A DNA stretch of 64,000 bases from Amoebophrya sp. A120 (lineage: Eukaryota; Protista; Dinoflagellata): assembly GCA_905178155.1 (NCBI GenBank), contig CAJINV010000007.1:1767341-1831340 (forward strand), written 5' to 3'. The translations under genes were made by a program, and so were the position numbers. Within the stretch, counting starts at the first letter, position 1; each line of letters begins with the position of its first letter. This document shows, in pieces, positions 49,401-63,800 of this stretch. The notes beneath the pieces are model-generated. The model saw only the letters and a list, made by a program, of their open reading frames with translations, was not told the origin of the DNA and ran no database searches.

Positions 49401-52400
49401 CTCGCGGCAAGGTAAAGCAAGATGACGACGCTGTACCAACTCGAACTCAGACGCTGATTGCCACCAGTCCGAAGAGTGGCACTTCGAGAGCGTCCACGTC
49501 TGCGTCTGAGGACACCTCTAGCAAGAAGAACGCGAGCTCAGAAATCCTGCGGCCACGGCGATGTTTCGACGGCGCTGTGAGAACGAAGATGTCGCTGCAG
49601 CAACTAGTGAAGCCTTGGGCGACCGAAGCAGAGCAAGAGAAGCTGTGGGAGCGCGCGGTCGCGTCCGACACAGCCGGCGGGTTGACGATGGATGACATTC
49701 TCCCACCCAGGTGTCTCACCCAGTGCAGCGTGTGCTTTCGAAGTGACTGCATCCGCGGCTTCGTCTGCACGTCTGGGTTGGCTGCAAGATCCATACCACT
49801 ACGCAAAGTTCCAAGGCACAGACGCTCGTCCAACTTGCTGGTCGCTGGCGCAAAGCGCCTCGCCGGGTCCACAGTCGACCTCGCCGCGCAGGTGGGGAAA
49901 CGAGTGCGGCATTCTTTCGGAAGTCGTGCCAGTGATGGTCCGGCGGAAACAAACGCAGCGGCTAAGCGACGCCGGACAAGTACCGGCAGCGTTGGAGACT
50001 ACAAGGAGCAAGAAGAATCTGTAGTGCGAGTAGTTGAGGAAAGCACGACATCGGACGAAGACCAAAATCATCATGCTGACTTTGACACGATGCAGGACAA
50101 AAGGGGCGGCAGGAGGAGAACAAGTTCTCTTCAGCAAGACTCTGCAGGAGCTGCTCCTGCTGACACCAGTAAAACACAAGACTTGATCGAAGTCCAGCCG
50201 GAAGACGACGTAGCGGACGGCAGACTCCTTCACGACGCGCCGTTCTTCGTCTGTTGGGACTGCGCCATGCAGAAGTACATGCTTGGCGGAGAGCAAGAGG
50301 CGGAAACGCTTCTGAAGCCGTTGGAGCCTTGGTTTACGGAGTCACTCCACACCGAGCGCGCGCCGGTTCAGGACCCGCGACTCGTCGTGGGTGTTCATGA
50401 GGAGCACGGGACAGGTAATATCAACAGTGACGAGATGATGAATACTACGACGGCTGGTCGCTTTCCGGCAACGCAAGGAGACGCTGCAGATGACCTCCCG
50501 GCGCCGGACACTTCTGGCGCAGGAGCTACAACAGCAGTAGCAGGACCTTCTTCATCGTCGTCCAAGACCACTGTCAGAACCAGGTACGCCAAAACCGAGG
50601 TGCCTTCGACGGAATACGCGACGCTCGATTTGGTTTTCCACGAGGGCAACACGTATCGGAACCTCCAACACTGGGACCCGTTCGCGATCTACTTTGACCT
50701 CTGGGACCAGAACTACTGGCTACCTTTTTCCGCCGTGGATCTGGTGGGGTCCCGCGAGAAAACGCACTGGTGGGGGAAAGCTGTCCTTGGCCCCCCGCAC
50801 GGCGAGGCGTGGCGGGCCCGGAGGCACACACAAGTGCTGCAGCACTTGAAAAGACAAATCACGGAACTCCGGTCCGGGCAGAGACTGGAAACGCACTGGG
50901 TGGCGAGCCGGGTTTTGGGAAATTTCCTCGTTCTGGGGTTGGAATACCTCCGGCAAATCCAGACATGTTCCGAAGACGAGAAAGTAGCCGCTTTGAAGCA
51001 ATTATCGCACTGGAAAAGAGAGTTGGAATTGAAAACACAGCAAACCGCCACGGCAAACAGTGAGTTGAAAGCTTTGCCAATTCTGTTCTCCGACAGCCGA
51101 CCAGCGATCGTGTGGCAAAAGTTCGAGCACATCGCCGGGAAACTGTTACGGCAAGCACCGGACGGCGCCCGGTTTGCGCTCGCAGCGGCGTTGGACTGTC
51201 TGCCGAACCGCGTCACCGCCTGCTACGTGTTTTTCTTGGTTTTGTTCCCGCCGACATCTTCCGCCGGCAACCAGAAAAGCCTGGCTCCGATGGTGAGACT
51301 GGACGGGAATGTGGGGAAGGTGAGGCTAAATGCCGTGCTGGAATGGAACGAAAGAAACCGACTCCCTGCGATCTTGGAGGATGATCTGATGCCCGATGAT
51401 TTAAACACGTCTGCGGGAGCATTTCTTGGCTCAGACACTGCGGTGGATGTATCCTCTCAGCTGCCGGGGGGCGGGAGACAGATCGAGCTCGAAGATGATC
51501 TCGCAGTTGCCGAATTCGAATACGGGACGAGTGATATTACTCCACCAGGAGCAACATCGACAGCCAAAAAGAAGCGCGATTACCACCGGCCCGAGCACGT
51601 CCATGGAGCGCACGGCTGGCATGCGAGGCAAAAGGGGAGAAGCGTTGATGTTCAGGGGAACATCGCGACGAAGCTAGTGGGCAAGGCAGGCGAGAATTCA
51701 GATTCGGATGTGATCGCCATCGCCGATCATCATTGTTTGCCGTTACCGCTCGGAAGCGTGAAGCAGGACTGCGCGATCGTTCCGGATTGGTACTGGACCC
51801 TGGACATCTTCGACGTGAATGAGGAACAAGCTGGAGCAGGACACTATCCCGGCCGCGAAATGATCGAAGACGACCAAGCAGTGAACTTGTTCTACGGGGA
51901 AAATAGCAAAGGGACGACGAGCCAATTGCAGTTATACAACAACGAGCATGACAACTACGACCTTTCCTCGTCGGCTTCCTCGTTTTCTGAAGACGAAGGA
52001 CTGCTGGCGGATGAGTCATCTTTTCAGGATGGCCTAGTTGCCTCTGAGTCGGACGCTGCGCCTGCGGATAACAATAAGAATTATGCGTCGTCATCTTCAT
52101 CCGCGTCTACTTCTTCGAGAAACATGGGAAATGTAGACCGATATCAAAATAACCGGCACCCAGCGCTGCAAATGCAAGAATACAAAAACCAAAGCAAAAA
52201 TTTTCGTGAAGGACGACACAGAGCGACAACTCCGAGGGGGGAAGATGAAGGTGGTGACACAGAAACTCTAGGCGCAGCAGGGGGCCTGGAAAACAAGGAG
52301 CAGGATCACACAGAACCACAACTTCTTCCGGCTGCGTTGGACGCGTTCTACTTCGAAATTGAAGTTGTTAAGGCGAGGCACAATGCCGGGGGGCGGAATG

Positions 52401-55400
52401 CTGCTGAAATGGATCAACAATCTTCCGCTACAACAGGTCGAGACGAAGATAGGGACAGACACCACCACCATCGGCAACATTCCAGTGTGGCCAAGGATCG
52501 GCGGAAATTGTCCACGAAAAACGATGAGAGCGCGACTTCTGGCCCGTCTCAACAAGCTGGGGGACTCCTGGACCGTTTCATGAGCGGTGCGTTCTTCGGC
52601 GCCGGAAAGAACACGGAAGGAGAGCATAACTCAGCGATGGTCCTCTCTTCCGGTACCGACGAAGTAGATGGTGCCACTTCCGGCTCAGGATCTACGCTCA
52701 GTCCCGGCCCTTGCTTCGGCTTCACTTGCTTTGATCCCTGGGACCCGAAAAACCAGGTTCCAGAACATCCGAAAGAATTCGACCAGTACACGGTGCTTGC
52801 CGGGTTCGGTTCCTCAACATCTCCAGATGGACAATCAGAAGCAGGACCACCGCGACCACGTAGATGCGCAACGGTCTGGGAAAGCAACGACAAGGACCCA
52901 GCAAGTCTGTTCTTCGCGACGAGATCTCCTCTGGAAGCGAAGACAACGACAGGTAAAAGTTGGTCGGCTGAGGAAAATCTGCAAGTAGGAGATCGGGTTG
53001 GGTTGCTGCTTGGGAGGAAAACCGCAGACAGCCCCTGGTCGCTCGGGCTCTTCGTGAATGGGAAACCGATTTTGTTCAGCAAAAAGACTAAGACGACAGG
53101 TGGAAGGAGTAGAACTACATCTTCACGGCAAGGTACAATAGATAACGCAGATGAAGAGGATGATCATGATGAAAAGCAAAATGATGCTGATGATCCAGAA
53201 ACGCATTTGGTCACCGTTCTTCCGACCGCGGACCTGATCGAAGAGGGCGTGTTCCCCTTTGTCCACCTGGGCGGGTCGAACCTCCGGACGGTCAAACTCA
53301 TAACGGAACTCAGCGACTACAAGGCCTGTCCCTACTTTTTCACCGGAACCGACGGCGCCTTCAACAAAGGACGGATTAGGCCTTTTTTGAACAACAAAGC
53401 GGGTAGCTCTCTCTGCAGCGGATTTTTACCGTTCGCGGCTACAGCAGGAGTGAAGTTCTTTGCGAAGGAGGTGGACGCGGTGGGTTCTCCGGTGTTGAAA
53501 AAAGACCCTCGTCGCGGCGGCCAAAAAAACCGCGCAGGGCAGGAAGTGTTTCCAGACGAGGTCTACCACGAAGCTGACGTGAGAGTAACTGGTGGCAGTG
53601 TAAGTACGTCGCCTGCTCCGACAAAGCGGAACAAACCGGCCCTGTGTGTCGTTGGAAACGGCCCGCTCATAGCACCCACTGCTCCTCCTCCTGCATCAGA
53701 CGGCACTGAAAACGGAAATGGCAAACAGGCATTCCGCTTCTTCGAGGTACAGGTGGATGTTGCAGTAGCTTCCACTTCTAGCACGACTGTGGAGCAATCA
53801 TCAACCATGACGAGCAAACACCCCGCTCCTGTCCAGCTTGCCCTCGCTCTCACGACGTCTGATCCGACAAAGGTTGTGAGCGCAGCCTACGATCTTAAGG
53901 CATCAACGGCTTGGATCGCAAAATTTACCGAGTTCGGAGTAGACTTCGTATCGCCTCCACCTGCTGTCGGAAGTAAAGCAAGCAAATCCACTCCCAGCGT
54001 TGAGAGGTTCTTCGGCGCGCCAGCAGATGTTGATCTTCCATTACGAGCTGGGACGAACAAGAAAAGCGGTCCCACCACTTCCATGCGCTCCTTCGCGCTA
54101 CTACATGACAGAAATAAAGACGAGCTGAGCATTTTTGTTGATCGCTGCTGCTATGGGACGATAGACGGGTTCGGAAAGAACTTTGCGAAAAGCCTCCACG
54201 GCTTGTATCCGGTGGTGGCCGTGCTACAGCAGGACGAGCCGTCTTCAGTCACTTCGACAGCACCAGCTGCCGCAGTGCATCTTCGACTCATCGAACTCCT
54301 CCCGACGGATCCGGTGTTTAACAGGAGAATCAGGCCAACATTGAAATTTGCGAGTGACAGGCCATTCTCGAAGTTCGTGCAACCAGTACCCTCGTCCACC
54401 TCGTCTTCTACCACTCGGCCTGGAGGAATGACCCAGATGGTCCAGTCAGATTTGATTTCGGCTGAAGTCGGCGGGGTGGAAGGAGCAGCAGCGCAGGAGA
54501 ACGGGAGCACTCTCCGAGGTTTTCCCACGCCCGTTGTCGGGGACGGAGCCTTGCCGGCGTGGAGGGTTGTGAAGGGAGATGATCAACAAGAGGACGGAGG
54601 AGAAGCATCGGCAGAAAGTTTAGCGTTCTCTTTTGAAGTAGAAATCGAACGCGTGGACGAGGAAAGACGCAGGGATTTACAGGAGGAACGGCTAAAGGCA
54701 AACGGACAAGGAATGTTGGCGCATTTTGAGGAGGCGAGCGCAGCAGCAGGTGCTGCTGCAGGAGCTGGAAAATTAGCGTCGAAACTGCGCGAGGGGTTGC
54801 ATCGTGCCGCGCTTGACGCGAGAAGTTCTTCACGGGGGACAAACACCTCCTCGGACTTCTACACCAGCAGCAGCGCCGCCGCAGGGCGACCAAGAGGCCG
54901 CGAGCATCAGCAAGATACTTCTGTTGTTCGGAACAAAAAGCGGGGAAGAGGCCTCCTCTCGAGGTTACAAAAGTTTTTCTTCGCTCCGGCGGAGAGGGAA
55001 AGCAGCAAAGAGGACGCTGCTCAACAAGCACTCCACCTTGGTGGTCCGAGCAGTTCCGCTTCCGGTGGAGGCAAGAATCAGGAACAAGAATTTCAATTTT
55101 CAGACATGGAGGCCCGCTTGAAATTTACTTCGTCCCCGATGTATCTTGGCGCAACCCTCTGCAGTCCGCATATGGTCATGAGCACGGATTTTATTTCCGG
55201 AAATTCTGGTGCTACTTCTGTCTCCGCCGCTGCAACGATATACAATTTTTTCTCCTTTGACGGACCGAAGTACGAGTGTCACTTTGGAAGAAGCCAAGAC
55301 TTCCGCACAACCTCCCCCTCCGACTGGGACTGCTTGTCTTTGCAAGAGAAGGACAGACTGCATTTCGTAGCAGAGTTTGACCCGCAGAAGTCGCTTTGGT

Positions 55401-58400
55401 CTTGCTTTCTCTTCGTGAACAATGCTCTGAAAGCCGCCCGGCTGTTTCCGGTTCCGTTACCGGCGACGAAGGGAAGTCCCGACGACGACGACGAGGAGCT
55501 CCAACGCAGAAACGTTGCACCCGCGACCACGCCAGCAGCTCCAACACCACCCCTCTACCCCATTCTAGGTCTGCATCGAAACGGCTACGTCCGAGAAGTT
55601 CGCGTCGTGCAGCCGTCCTACAAAGAGAAGATCGTCCGTGGTGGGTTCAACAAACAAGTTTCGAAATTTCTCAAAAGTGTCGACACGAATAGATTTCTTC
55701 ATCCGGCGCAGGTCGCATCGGCCGATAGCCGTGGCACTAGTCCCGTGTTTGAGTCCATGTTTCCAAATGCCTTGGCCCCCGCGAAGCATGTTCTGCATCC
55801 CAGAGAAAGAAGAGTCGCTTCTGCTGCCGGGCAAGACCTCCGCTTGAGCCGTTCCAGGATAAGTAGCAATAGACCAGAAGCAGAACGACCCGGCGGGGAT
55901 GCAAACAAACACACCGAAGAACATCACCTGCAGTTTTCTCGCGACCGGTCCAGTTTTTTTGCCCGCCACGCTCACCATTCTGGATTGACGATGTTTGCGT
56001 CGCTAAATCCGTTGAAAGTGCACGCCGTTCGCGAAGTGGAGCAAGTTTCCTTTTTGGTTCGGGTTGATGCGGCGCATGAAAAGATGTCCTTGAACACGAT
56101 GCTGGATCAACAAGGTGTGGGTGACGAGGAAGATGACGACGAGGCGCCGAGAAATCCATCCGCAAAAGCGTTCGTCGCAGAAGGTTGGATAGGATTTTGC
56201 CTCGTGAACAAATTTAGCAGGGATGATGTTGAAGAGAAAATGAATATTACTTCGAATTCTTCTACTAGTTGTGCAAGACCACGACGATCCTCACCTGCAG
56301 CTGAGCCGCACCGGCTCGAAGACATTTCCGTCCCTGTTTTCGTGGCGGATCTTGGGGCTGAGTGCTGGCGTTGGAACACTGGCGAAAACTACAGTAAGCC
56401 AACAACCGCGTCGGAGCAAGCGAGCAGAAACAAGCGGTCCCAAGATAAATCCCGTCCATCGACGAAGCCTTCTACTTTTTCGAAGGAACCGTGGAGCGAC
56501 TACTTCGAGGGCGCGCAGAAGCCGGGTGAGGATATCGATGCTGGTGTGAGCATGCGAGTTGGCGACATCCTCCATCTGGAGATCGAGGTGCAAACCGGCG
56601 TCATCGCGGTCTTCCAAAACGACGAGGTCCTGGCGGTTTCCAGACCAGAGTTTATCCCCGCAGAACTCCTCGCGGCGGTGAAGGATCAGACACTTGCGGT
56701 TCATGCGGTGTTCGACCTAAAGCACTCACTAAGCGACGACTTGTCTCTCAATACCATCGTCGGGCGACCGCTTTCGCTTTCCTACACAGACGCGTGCTTA
56801 AGAAGCTTGAAAAGAGAGAACTACACAACTGGAGGACAAGAAGGAGCATCACAACCCGATGAAGATCTCCATCTGGCTTCCTACTTCCCTAAACAGTTCT
56901 CCGAACTCGAGCTCCGCGGCTTTTACGACAAGGGAACGTTTCGCGGTCGTTACGTCCAGTACAGCGACGATGTGCAACAGCCCCCGATCTCCATGTTTAA
57001 GTCCGCCCGGAGGCAGCGCGGGTTTTGTGGCGCTATCGGCGATAACCCGATTCCATTCTACTCTAGTTTGAAAGGTTTGTTTTTCGAGCTACGGGTCGAC
57101 AAAGTCGGCCCGGACGCTCCGGAAGGATTGACACTGGGCGTGACGACAAAAAGCCCGGATGTCCTTCACGACCAAGATGCTCTCTTTCCCGCCGTGATTA
57201 GCGACGAAGTGTTTGACCCCTGTTGGTGCGTCGGGTTCTCCGGGAAATTGTGGCATAGCGGCATTCTGCAGTGGAACGACTTCCCGCAGTGGCACCCCGG
57301 ATCGGAGGTTCGGAAAGGGGATAGAGTTGGGCTCTTGGTTGTGGTGGAGGAAGTAACGGTGGAGGAGTTGGGGACGATTTTACAAATACAACTCCCAGGA
57401 GGCACCACCGCAGGAGTACGAATGGAGCCAACGAGTAGCTCTTTCACTTTCAAAAACAACCAACACGTTCTCGAGCCGGGGCAGCTCTGTTTGATTGTTA
57501 ATCGACGGATAGTCGCCGTTGTGGCCTCGAACTTACCCATCAACCGAGATTTCTTTCCTTTAGTCGATTTGCTCGGAAACTGTGAGGCGGTGACGCTCGT
57601 GACGGGAGGGCTAGAGGATTTATTCTCCGCTAGTCTTCAAAACGTTCAAGATCAAACGACAGCAAGTTCACGCCAGGACGACCAGAAGTTGCTTGAGGCG
57701 GCGCGGGAAGATGTGCTATCCCAGCAGAAAGTGAAAGCACAATCTTCTGGAAATAAGAGAGGCAGTACGACCTCTGTTGCGAGCAAAACTTGGGTTTTGC
57801 CCCTCTCCAGAAAGCTGCAAATCGAGCAAACTGTTGCTGTGCGCTACATCGGGCCCCCAAGGTCCGCGGATAGCAAGCTGATGAAGAAAAAATCTTCAGG
57901 CGCGCGCGAAGATCACGAGTTGCATCAATCAGCAGCCACGAACCAACGCTGTCATGTGATGACTTACAGTCCCGCGGCATTCGACAAAAAACGGAACGCC
58001 GTCGGTTTCGCGGTAAAAGTTGACGAAATGATGGACGACGGGTATAATTTTCATTTTGTTTTTGTATGCTTAGTTCTCGGCTTCGATTTTTCCAACGTCG
58101 AACTGGTATCTCTATCTTCACATTGTCGATCATGATTTTCATTTTTGATTTTGTAGTTACCTCCGAATCAACATTACATGGCATTCGCGAACACGGACAA
58201 GTTGAACAAGTTCCATCGAGCTAAAAGCTGCACTAGCAGACCACATCACTCAGCCAGCATTTATTTCAATCGCCAACACATTTTTTTTACGCACAGTTTC
58301 CACCTGGACGGCTTGACCCTTGGTTTAGTCCAAGAATCTCCGCAGCAGTACGTGAAACGGTCCACCATCCCAGCGACTGCCGATTTGCTGGAAAATTTCA

Positions 58401-59953
58401 CCGGCACTGGATTCGATGGTTGCAGTGTTTGCGCGAACGGGAAGTGGCACGACGACGCGGCGCAGTTCCATCCCGCGGTGGACTTGAAGGAGGGGGATAT
58501 TGTCGCTGTTTTTCTCGCTACAGACAGTGGCACGAAGTTCTTGTCCTGTGAGATCAACGGGGAGGAGGTTCTGGTGCGACCGGCGTCGGCAGAGGAGGAG
58601 GAGGAAGGTGAGGAAAACCAAAAAGCAGGCACCAGTAAGAGCAAGTCAAAAATATCTTCCTCTTCGGCTTCCTCCGCCAGCAAAAGCATTCTGAACGCAA
58701 CCGCCACCCCCGACTATTTCGGCGTGGCCGAGCTTCGCGGAGCGGTGACAAAAATCTCCTTTTTGACACTTGCCCAATACGAGAAGGAAGCGACGAAGAG
58801 AAGTGGTGGGACGAACATGAATTTGAAGCTGTCTGCGGTGGCGAAAGCGAAACGGGCCAAGGAGAAGGCAGATAGCAGGTTTCGGCGCTTGAAGCACTGG
58901 GGAGTGCAGAAAGATGTGGTGGAACTGCTGCAGGCGCGGGGGATGGATATTCGAGCGATGGACGATCAAAAGCGACTGAGTAGGACGCTAAGCGCAGCAG
59001 GTAGGACGGTGAACAACAAAGAACAGCCGTTATTGAGCGATAGTGACAGTGTAAGTAATTCACACGATGAACACGCGGACGCTAACTCACGGGAAGTCGA
59101 TCTGGATGACGTGCTTGCAGAGCACGCGGCTGATAAGAAGCCTTTGTCGGTGCTGGAACAAGAGGACTCTGGATCATCTCCATCATCACGAGCAGATCGG
59201 CCCTCGAGACAACAGGCTGGATTGTTTTACTCCGAGCAGGGTTTGCTCAATGACTCCGAGGGTATCGACGATGTAGATAACGCGCAGCCCACCTCGTTGT
59301 CGTCCGCTTCGGATGATCGCAAAAATCCGCGAGGACGCGCTGTTGATGCTTCTGAAAAACTCAACAGGGACAGAGCAAGGCCACAGGATCATAGCGCATC
59401 TTCAGTGTCAACATCTTCCAGTGCTTTCAGCCCGTCCAGCAGAAGTAGCTCCTCCTCGTCAGCCAGCAGGTTGAGATCGGCGACGAGAAGGCACAACGAC
59501 GAACAGTGGGAGGGCCGTCAAGCAGGACCACCGCGACGCCCTGTCAACGAGAAGAACCGCTCGCACAGGACCAGAACGAGCAGCACGGACAGGAATTATG
59601 TGAGAAATGCTTACGACTTGTCCCACTTTCTGCAATTCGACGAGGAAATTCCACCGGCGGGCGCAGCGCCAGTACTGGGCCATCCGTACGGAGGTGGGAG
59701 CCGAGTCACGGAGCCGTTTTATTCACCGGTTGCGCAAGAAGAATCTTCGGGGAGAAGTCCTCTTCGCCGACGTCGTAATGCCTCCGGGGATCAACACCTT
59801 TCTGCTCCTGGTGCTCGAAAGCTCAAACTCCTGACATCGCCATACATCGAGGAGCCGGCGGGCTTTGCTGGACGGGAAGATGAAAGAGGAAGAGAAGTAG
59901 ATCTAGATCAAGAGGCATCCTTTTCCTCCTCTTGGACCGTGTCTGAGGAGTGA
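43445..59953 (+). CDS. Giant (~5417 aa) protein with C2-like domains, a CEP76/CC2D2A-type transglutaminase-like region and multiple Neuralized(NHR)/SPRY-like repeats; exons 43445-58041, 58297-59953
   Basis: 14.6-kb open exon plus a phase-2 GT-AG intron (58042-58296). Motifs: DTFVEVR..F.EELLF (C2-like); VWQAPDLTLSERSGGQLEHVLLH..ICVGT..HVWLAT..RFWEP and YATLDLVFH..NLQ..FDLWD..WLPF (CEP76/CC2D2A-like); repeated FE.RVD / GDRVGLL / PLVDLLGNCEAV (NHR-like). Confidence 0.85.
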
Positions 59954-60818
59954 TTCTGCCACGACTCTATGCATTCATGTAATTCTAATTGCTGACAATA
60001 ATTCATCTACTTTCAGACCTTTCATCTGTATATTATGCTGATAATGATAAATCTCACTAAATCAATTGCGAAGCAAAACTGCAAGCGCGATTCAAGCAAG
60101 GTATCTACTGGTAAAAACGTCCGTGCCACAAGAATATATGTATCCTCAAAATGACATCAATAGGCTCGTCTGACAAGAAGAATATTGCGTTGTTTAGTAA
60201 TGGGTTGCACGCAAGAAGTTGTTGAAGTGAAAAGTGAAATTGCAGATGGCACGTAACCTTCGAGCAGCTACGTGTTTGTTTGTGTACTAGCCGGGTTGTC
60301 GGTAAGTCTGTCGATACAAGATTCATCACTATCTGTGCATGTTTTATGACATCGGTTCAATATTACCCATAGCTACGCTAATAATACCTGGAGTCGCACC
60401 AGGTAGCACAGATCGGTACTGATGGCTTCGTGCATGTACTATTTGATGCTAACCTTTCGGACGTTGAATTACTTATCTGTGTTTGTTCATTCTCGGTGAT
60501 TGTGGTGCTGAATTCACTCGGTTGTCCTTAAAATAAAAGCAACGCGCGCATCTCTATTTCATCACTAAAAAGGAAGTAATGTCCTCTGTGACGTCGGAAA
60601 AATCATCTTCCAGGAGGACCATTCTGGACGAAAACCCAAATTGTCACAAATTTAAAACCTCCTATACTTGTTTCCTGCTGGTATTTCCACTTCTTGTCTT
60701 CAAAGAAGATTGAGCAGTTTTCCATATTTTCCGACTGTTGCTCTTACTGTTTCTTTAAGCAATAGTACAGCACGAACAGCATCATCTTCAGCGCAACTTG
60801 CACGAACAAAAACAAAAA

Positions 60819-63800
60819 ATGTACGGGTATGAGGGAAGTCAAGGGTACTGCTACGACGAGGAGCGCGACGACGGCAACTACTACGGCGCCCCACATCAAC
60901 GACGCGCGGCCCGAGGACGCCACGGCAGCTACTATGATGACGAGGCGCTGCAAAACTACGAGTACGACGACAAGAACTACTACGCCACCCCAAAACCCTC
61001 CGCCCGACGCAGATATCATGGTGAGGGCGAGGCTGCTGCACCCAAGAAGGTGAAGAAGAACAAGAACAATGCGGTGCTTGACGCAGACTCCATCGAGGTC
61101 GAGATGACCACCCCGGACACGAACAGCCGGCGAACCACGCAGGAACCCCCGGGAGCTGGTCCGTTGGTCGCCGCGGAGGGTGAGAAGTTGTTTCCGAAAT
61201 CGATGCAAGAAGCCGAAAGTAAGAACGCGATCCAGCCCAAAATCACACGCGGCAAAGGCAAAGCAAGCTGCTGGTGCTGGGGGGAAGAAGGGGAAGGGCA
61301 AGGCGATCAAGGGTCCCGTCGTTCCGAGCGAGACAGGCGAGTCTGAGTCCGCGTTCGATGATGACATTATGCTCATGAAGGTGTTGTTGAAAATCCGCTC
61401 CTACTACCCCTCTACTTTTTGTAATAATATGTGTTTCGCACAATCTTCACAAGCTCAAACATCATAAAGAAAAAGAATATACGCCTAGATAGAAATCACG
61501 ACCGGTCAGCACATGTTCAGTCGCTGTCTGGTTGTCGAGCCCGACTCGAATTTAGGCAACTACATCGTGATAATTTTACACGCACCATCCAACCGAGGAT
61601 GAAAGGGATCGTCGGTGGGGATTCTACTTTTTCCATTGCATAGACACTGGCCGCGAAGATGATGACTCTGAATTCGTGGGCCCCCCGCCGCCAGCACAGA
61701 AGCCGGGGAAAGGGAAAGGCAAAAAAGGAAAGGGCAAAGGGGGCCGAGGCAAGAATAAGAAACCAAGTCAGCCCGGCTTCCTGGACAAGGTGTACGAGGT
61801 GTCCAACATGGGCTTAATGCTTGGCGTTTATTTCTCCAGCTTCGCGTTTTGCGCGCTGCTCTTCGGTTTGATCGTCGGACTCAGCCTTTCCGATCCGGAC
61901 CCCGAGAAGGGACCCTGCACTCCTTCGGCTAGTAGTACCACTACCAGCGCGGCGGCAAGTCCAAGCCCCTCGCCGGGTACGTCGAGCACCTCCCCGGCCC
62001 CGGCGCCAGTATCACCGACGCCGGCTGCTGCTACATCGGGGTCCGTGTCCTCAACAAGTCCGACTCCGACGCCGACGCCAGCTGCATCTTCACCGACGCC
62101 GACGCCAGCTCCTGCGCCCACCCCTGCTGCGGCCCCGACGCCGGCCGTCGGGGTGGCCGGCTCCGGAGCGATTCTCTTCACCAACGAAGCGGGAGATTCC
62201 AATATGACAAAGAAAAATGCCCCCTCCCCATATCGAAAAGTAAAACGAATTTTGTGATGCTGCATTTGAGTACACAAATCGGCCTGTATTGCTAGAAGGC
62301 CAAGAGACGCAGTTGCGGCCTGAGTTGCAGGCAATTTGTCATGCTGTTTCCCACTTCCAGCTGCCTCCTGTCATGCTGAAGATGCAAGGCCTTACCACGC
62401 CAGCCAGCACTACAGTCCGCATCTTTTGCCTCATAGAATGACAAAGCTGATTTGTGACCACAAATCTGCATCACAGATTTCCGTTTTGATATGGGCAGGG
62501 GGGATTTTTCTTGTTCATATCCAACACGCGGCGGCAGCAATTCTTCAAGGACTACACCACGCTGGAAACCGTGATATGCATTGCAAAAGCATCGTACTAG
62601 TATAAATCGCATGACAAATTTTATCAGGAAGAAAGTTGGAATTTGTAATGCAGATTTGGGTAGGAAACCAGATTTGTTATGCATACCTGCAATTCATACG
62701 AGTGCGATACTTTTGCAGTGGATACGTGACTTTCGACGGCAAATCGATCCAGGCGCGCGCCGTCCACAGTTCCGGAGGTGTGGCCGATTGGGTGGTCAGC
62801 GAGGGCCAGGGCTATGGGGTGTGGATGGGCGCCGCCACCGTTGCGGGCTTTCGGGTGGCCAACAACTATATGGATTGTAAAAATGTCTGAGTCTCCTGGA
62901 AGTTTCTGAGACTTGTCATGCATGTTTTGCATGACCCAGGATGTCTGTAATGCACGACCGCGCGTCACAGGTCTTGAGAGGGCTTCCTGATGCCTACTCC
63001 GCATGACAAACGCCCTCCCCGCGTAGCACAAACTAGACTCCTCTTGCTGGTCATGCGACACAGATTTTTCTAGAGTCCAAAGTTAGCATCACAAGTTCCA
63101 ATCTTCCACCAGACCCAGACATTTTTACTCTTGATAAACTACCGCAAAGCCACGGGGAACGCCGCTTACAACACGGCGGTGCAGGAAACCTACGAAGCCT
63201 ACCTGGGGTGGCGGCAAATGTGCTACCTCTTATGCATTGCAAAAGAAGTACTTATCGTACTCCTAGTATTTTTGCAATACAAATTAGCTCAGCATGACAT
63301 CGAATGGAATTTCTCATGCTAATTTAGCTTGAAAAAGAAATTTGTCTTGCATGACTGCGACGAGTACGAGTGCGATAGTCTTGCACATGATACTTCTCCC
63401 GGGACAACGACATGATCGACCGGTTCTACTGCGGGGCCAACTGCCCCCACGCGGGCGAGCCCCGGACGTCGGCCCCCAACTGTTATCCCTGTCTGCCCCA
63501 CTGGAAAACTACGGACAATCTGCAGAGCGTGGTGGGCAAGGGTTCTGCCAGTGACGGGGATCTGGATGGCATCGTGGGCATGATTCTTCTCGTCATTTCG
63601 ACGGCCCCGGACCGCGACGAGTACACGGGGACAGGCTCCGATCCGCAGAACACCTGGAATTGGCAGGAGCTCGCGCTGCTCACCTACCAGTCCTGCAAGT
63701 CCAACTTGATGCACAATTTCGTGACGGGCACCGGGGTCAACTCCGACTTTCTCATGCTGAAACTGGGCACCAACTGGGGCGGGTTCGACCCGGAGTGCAA

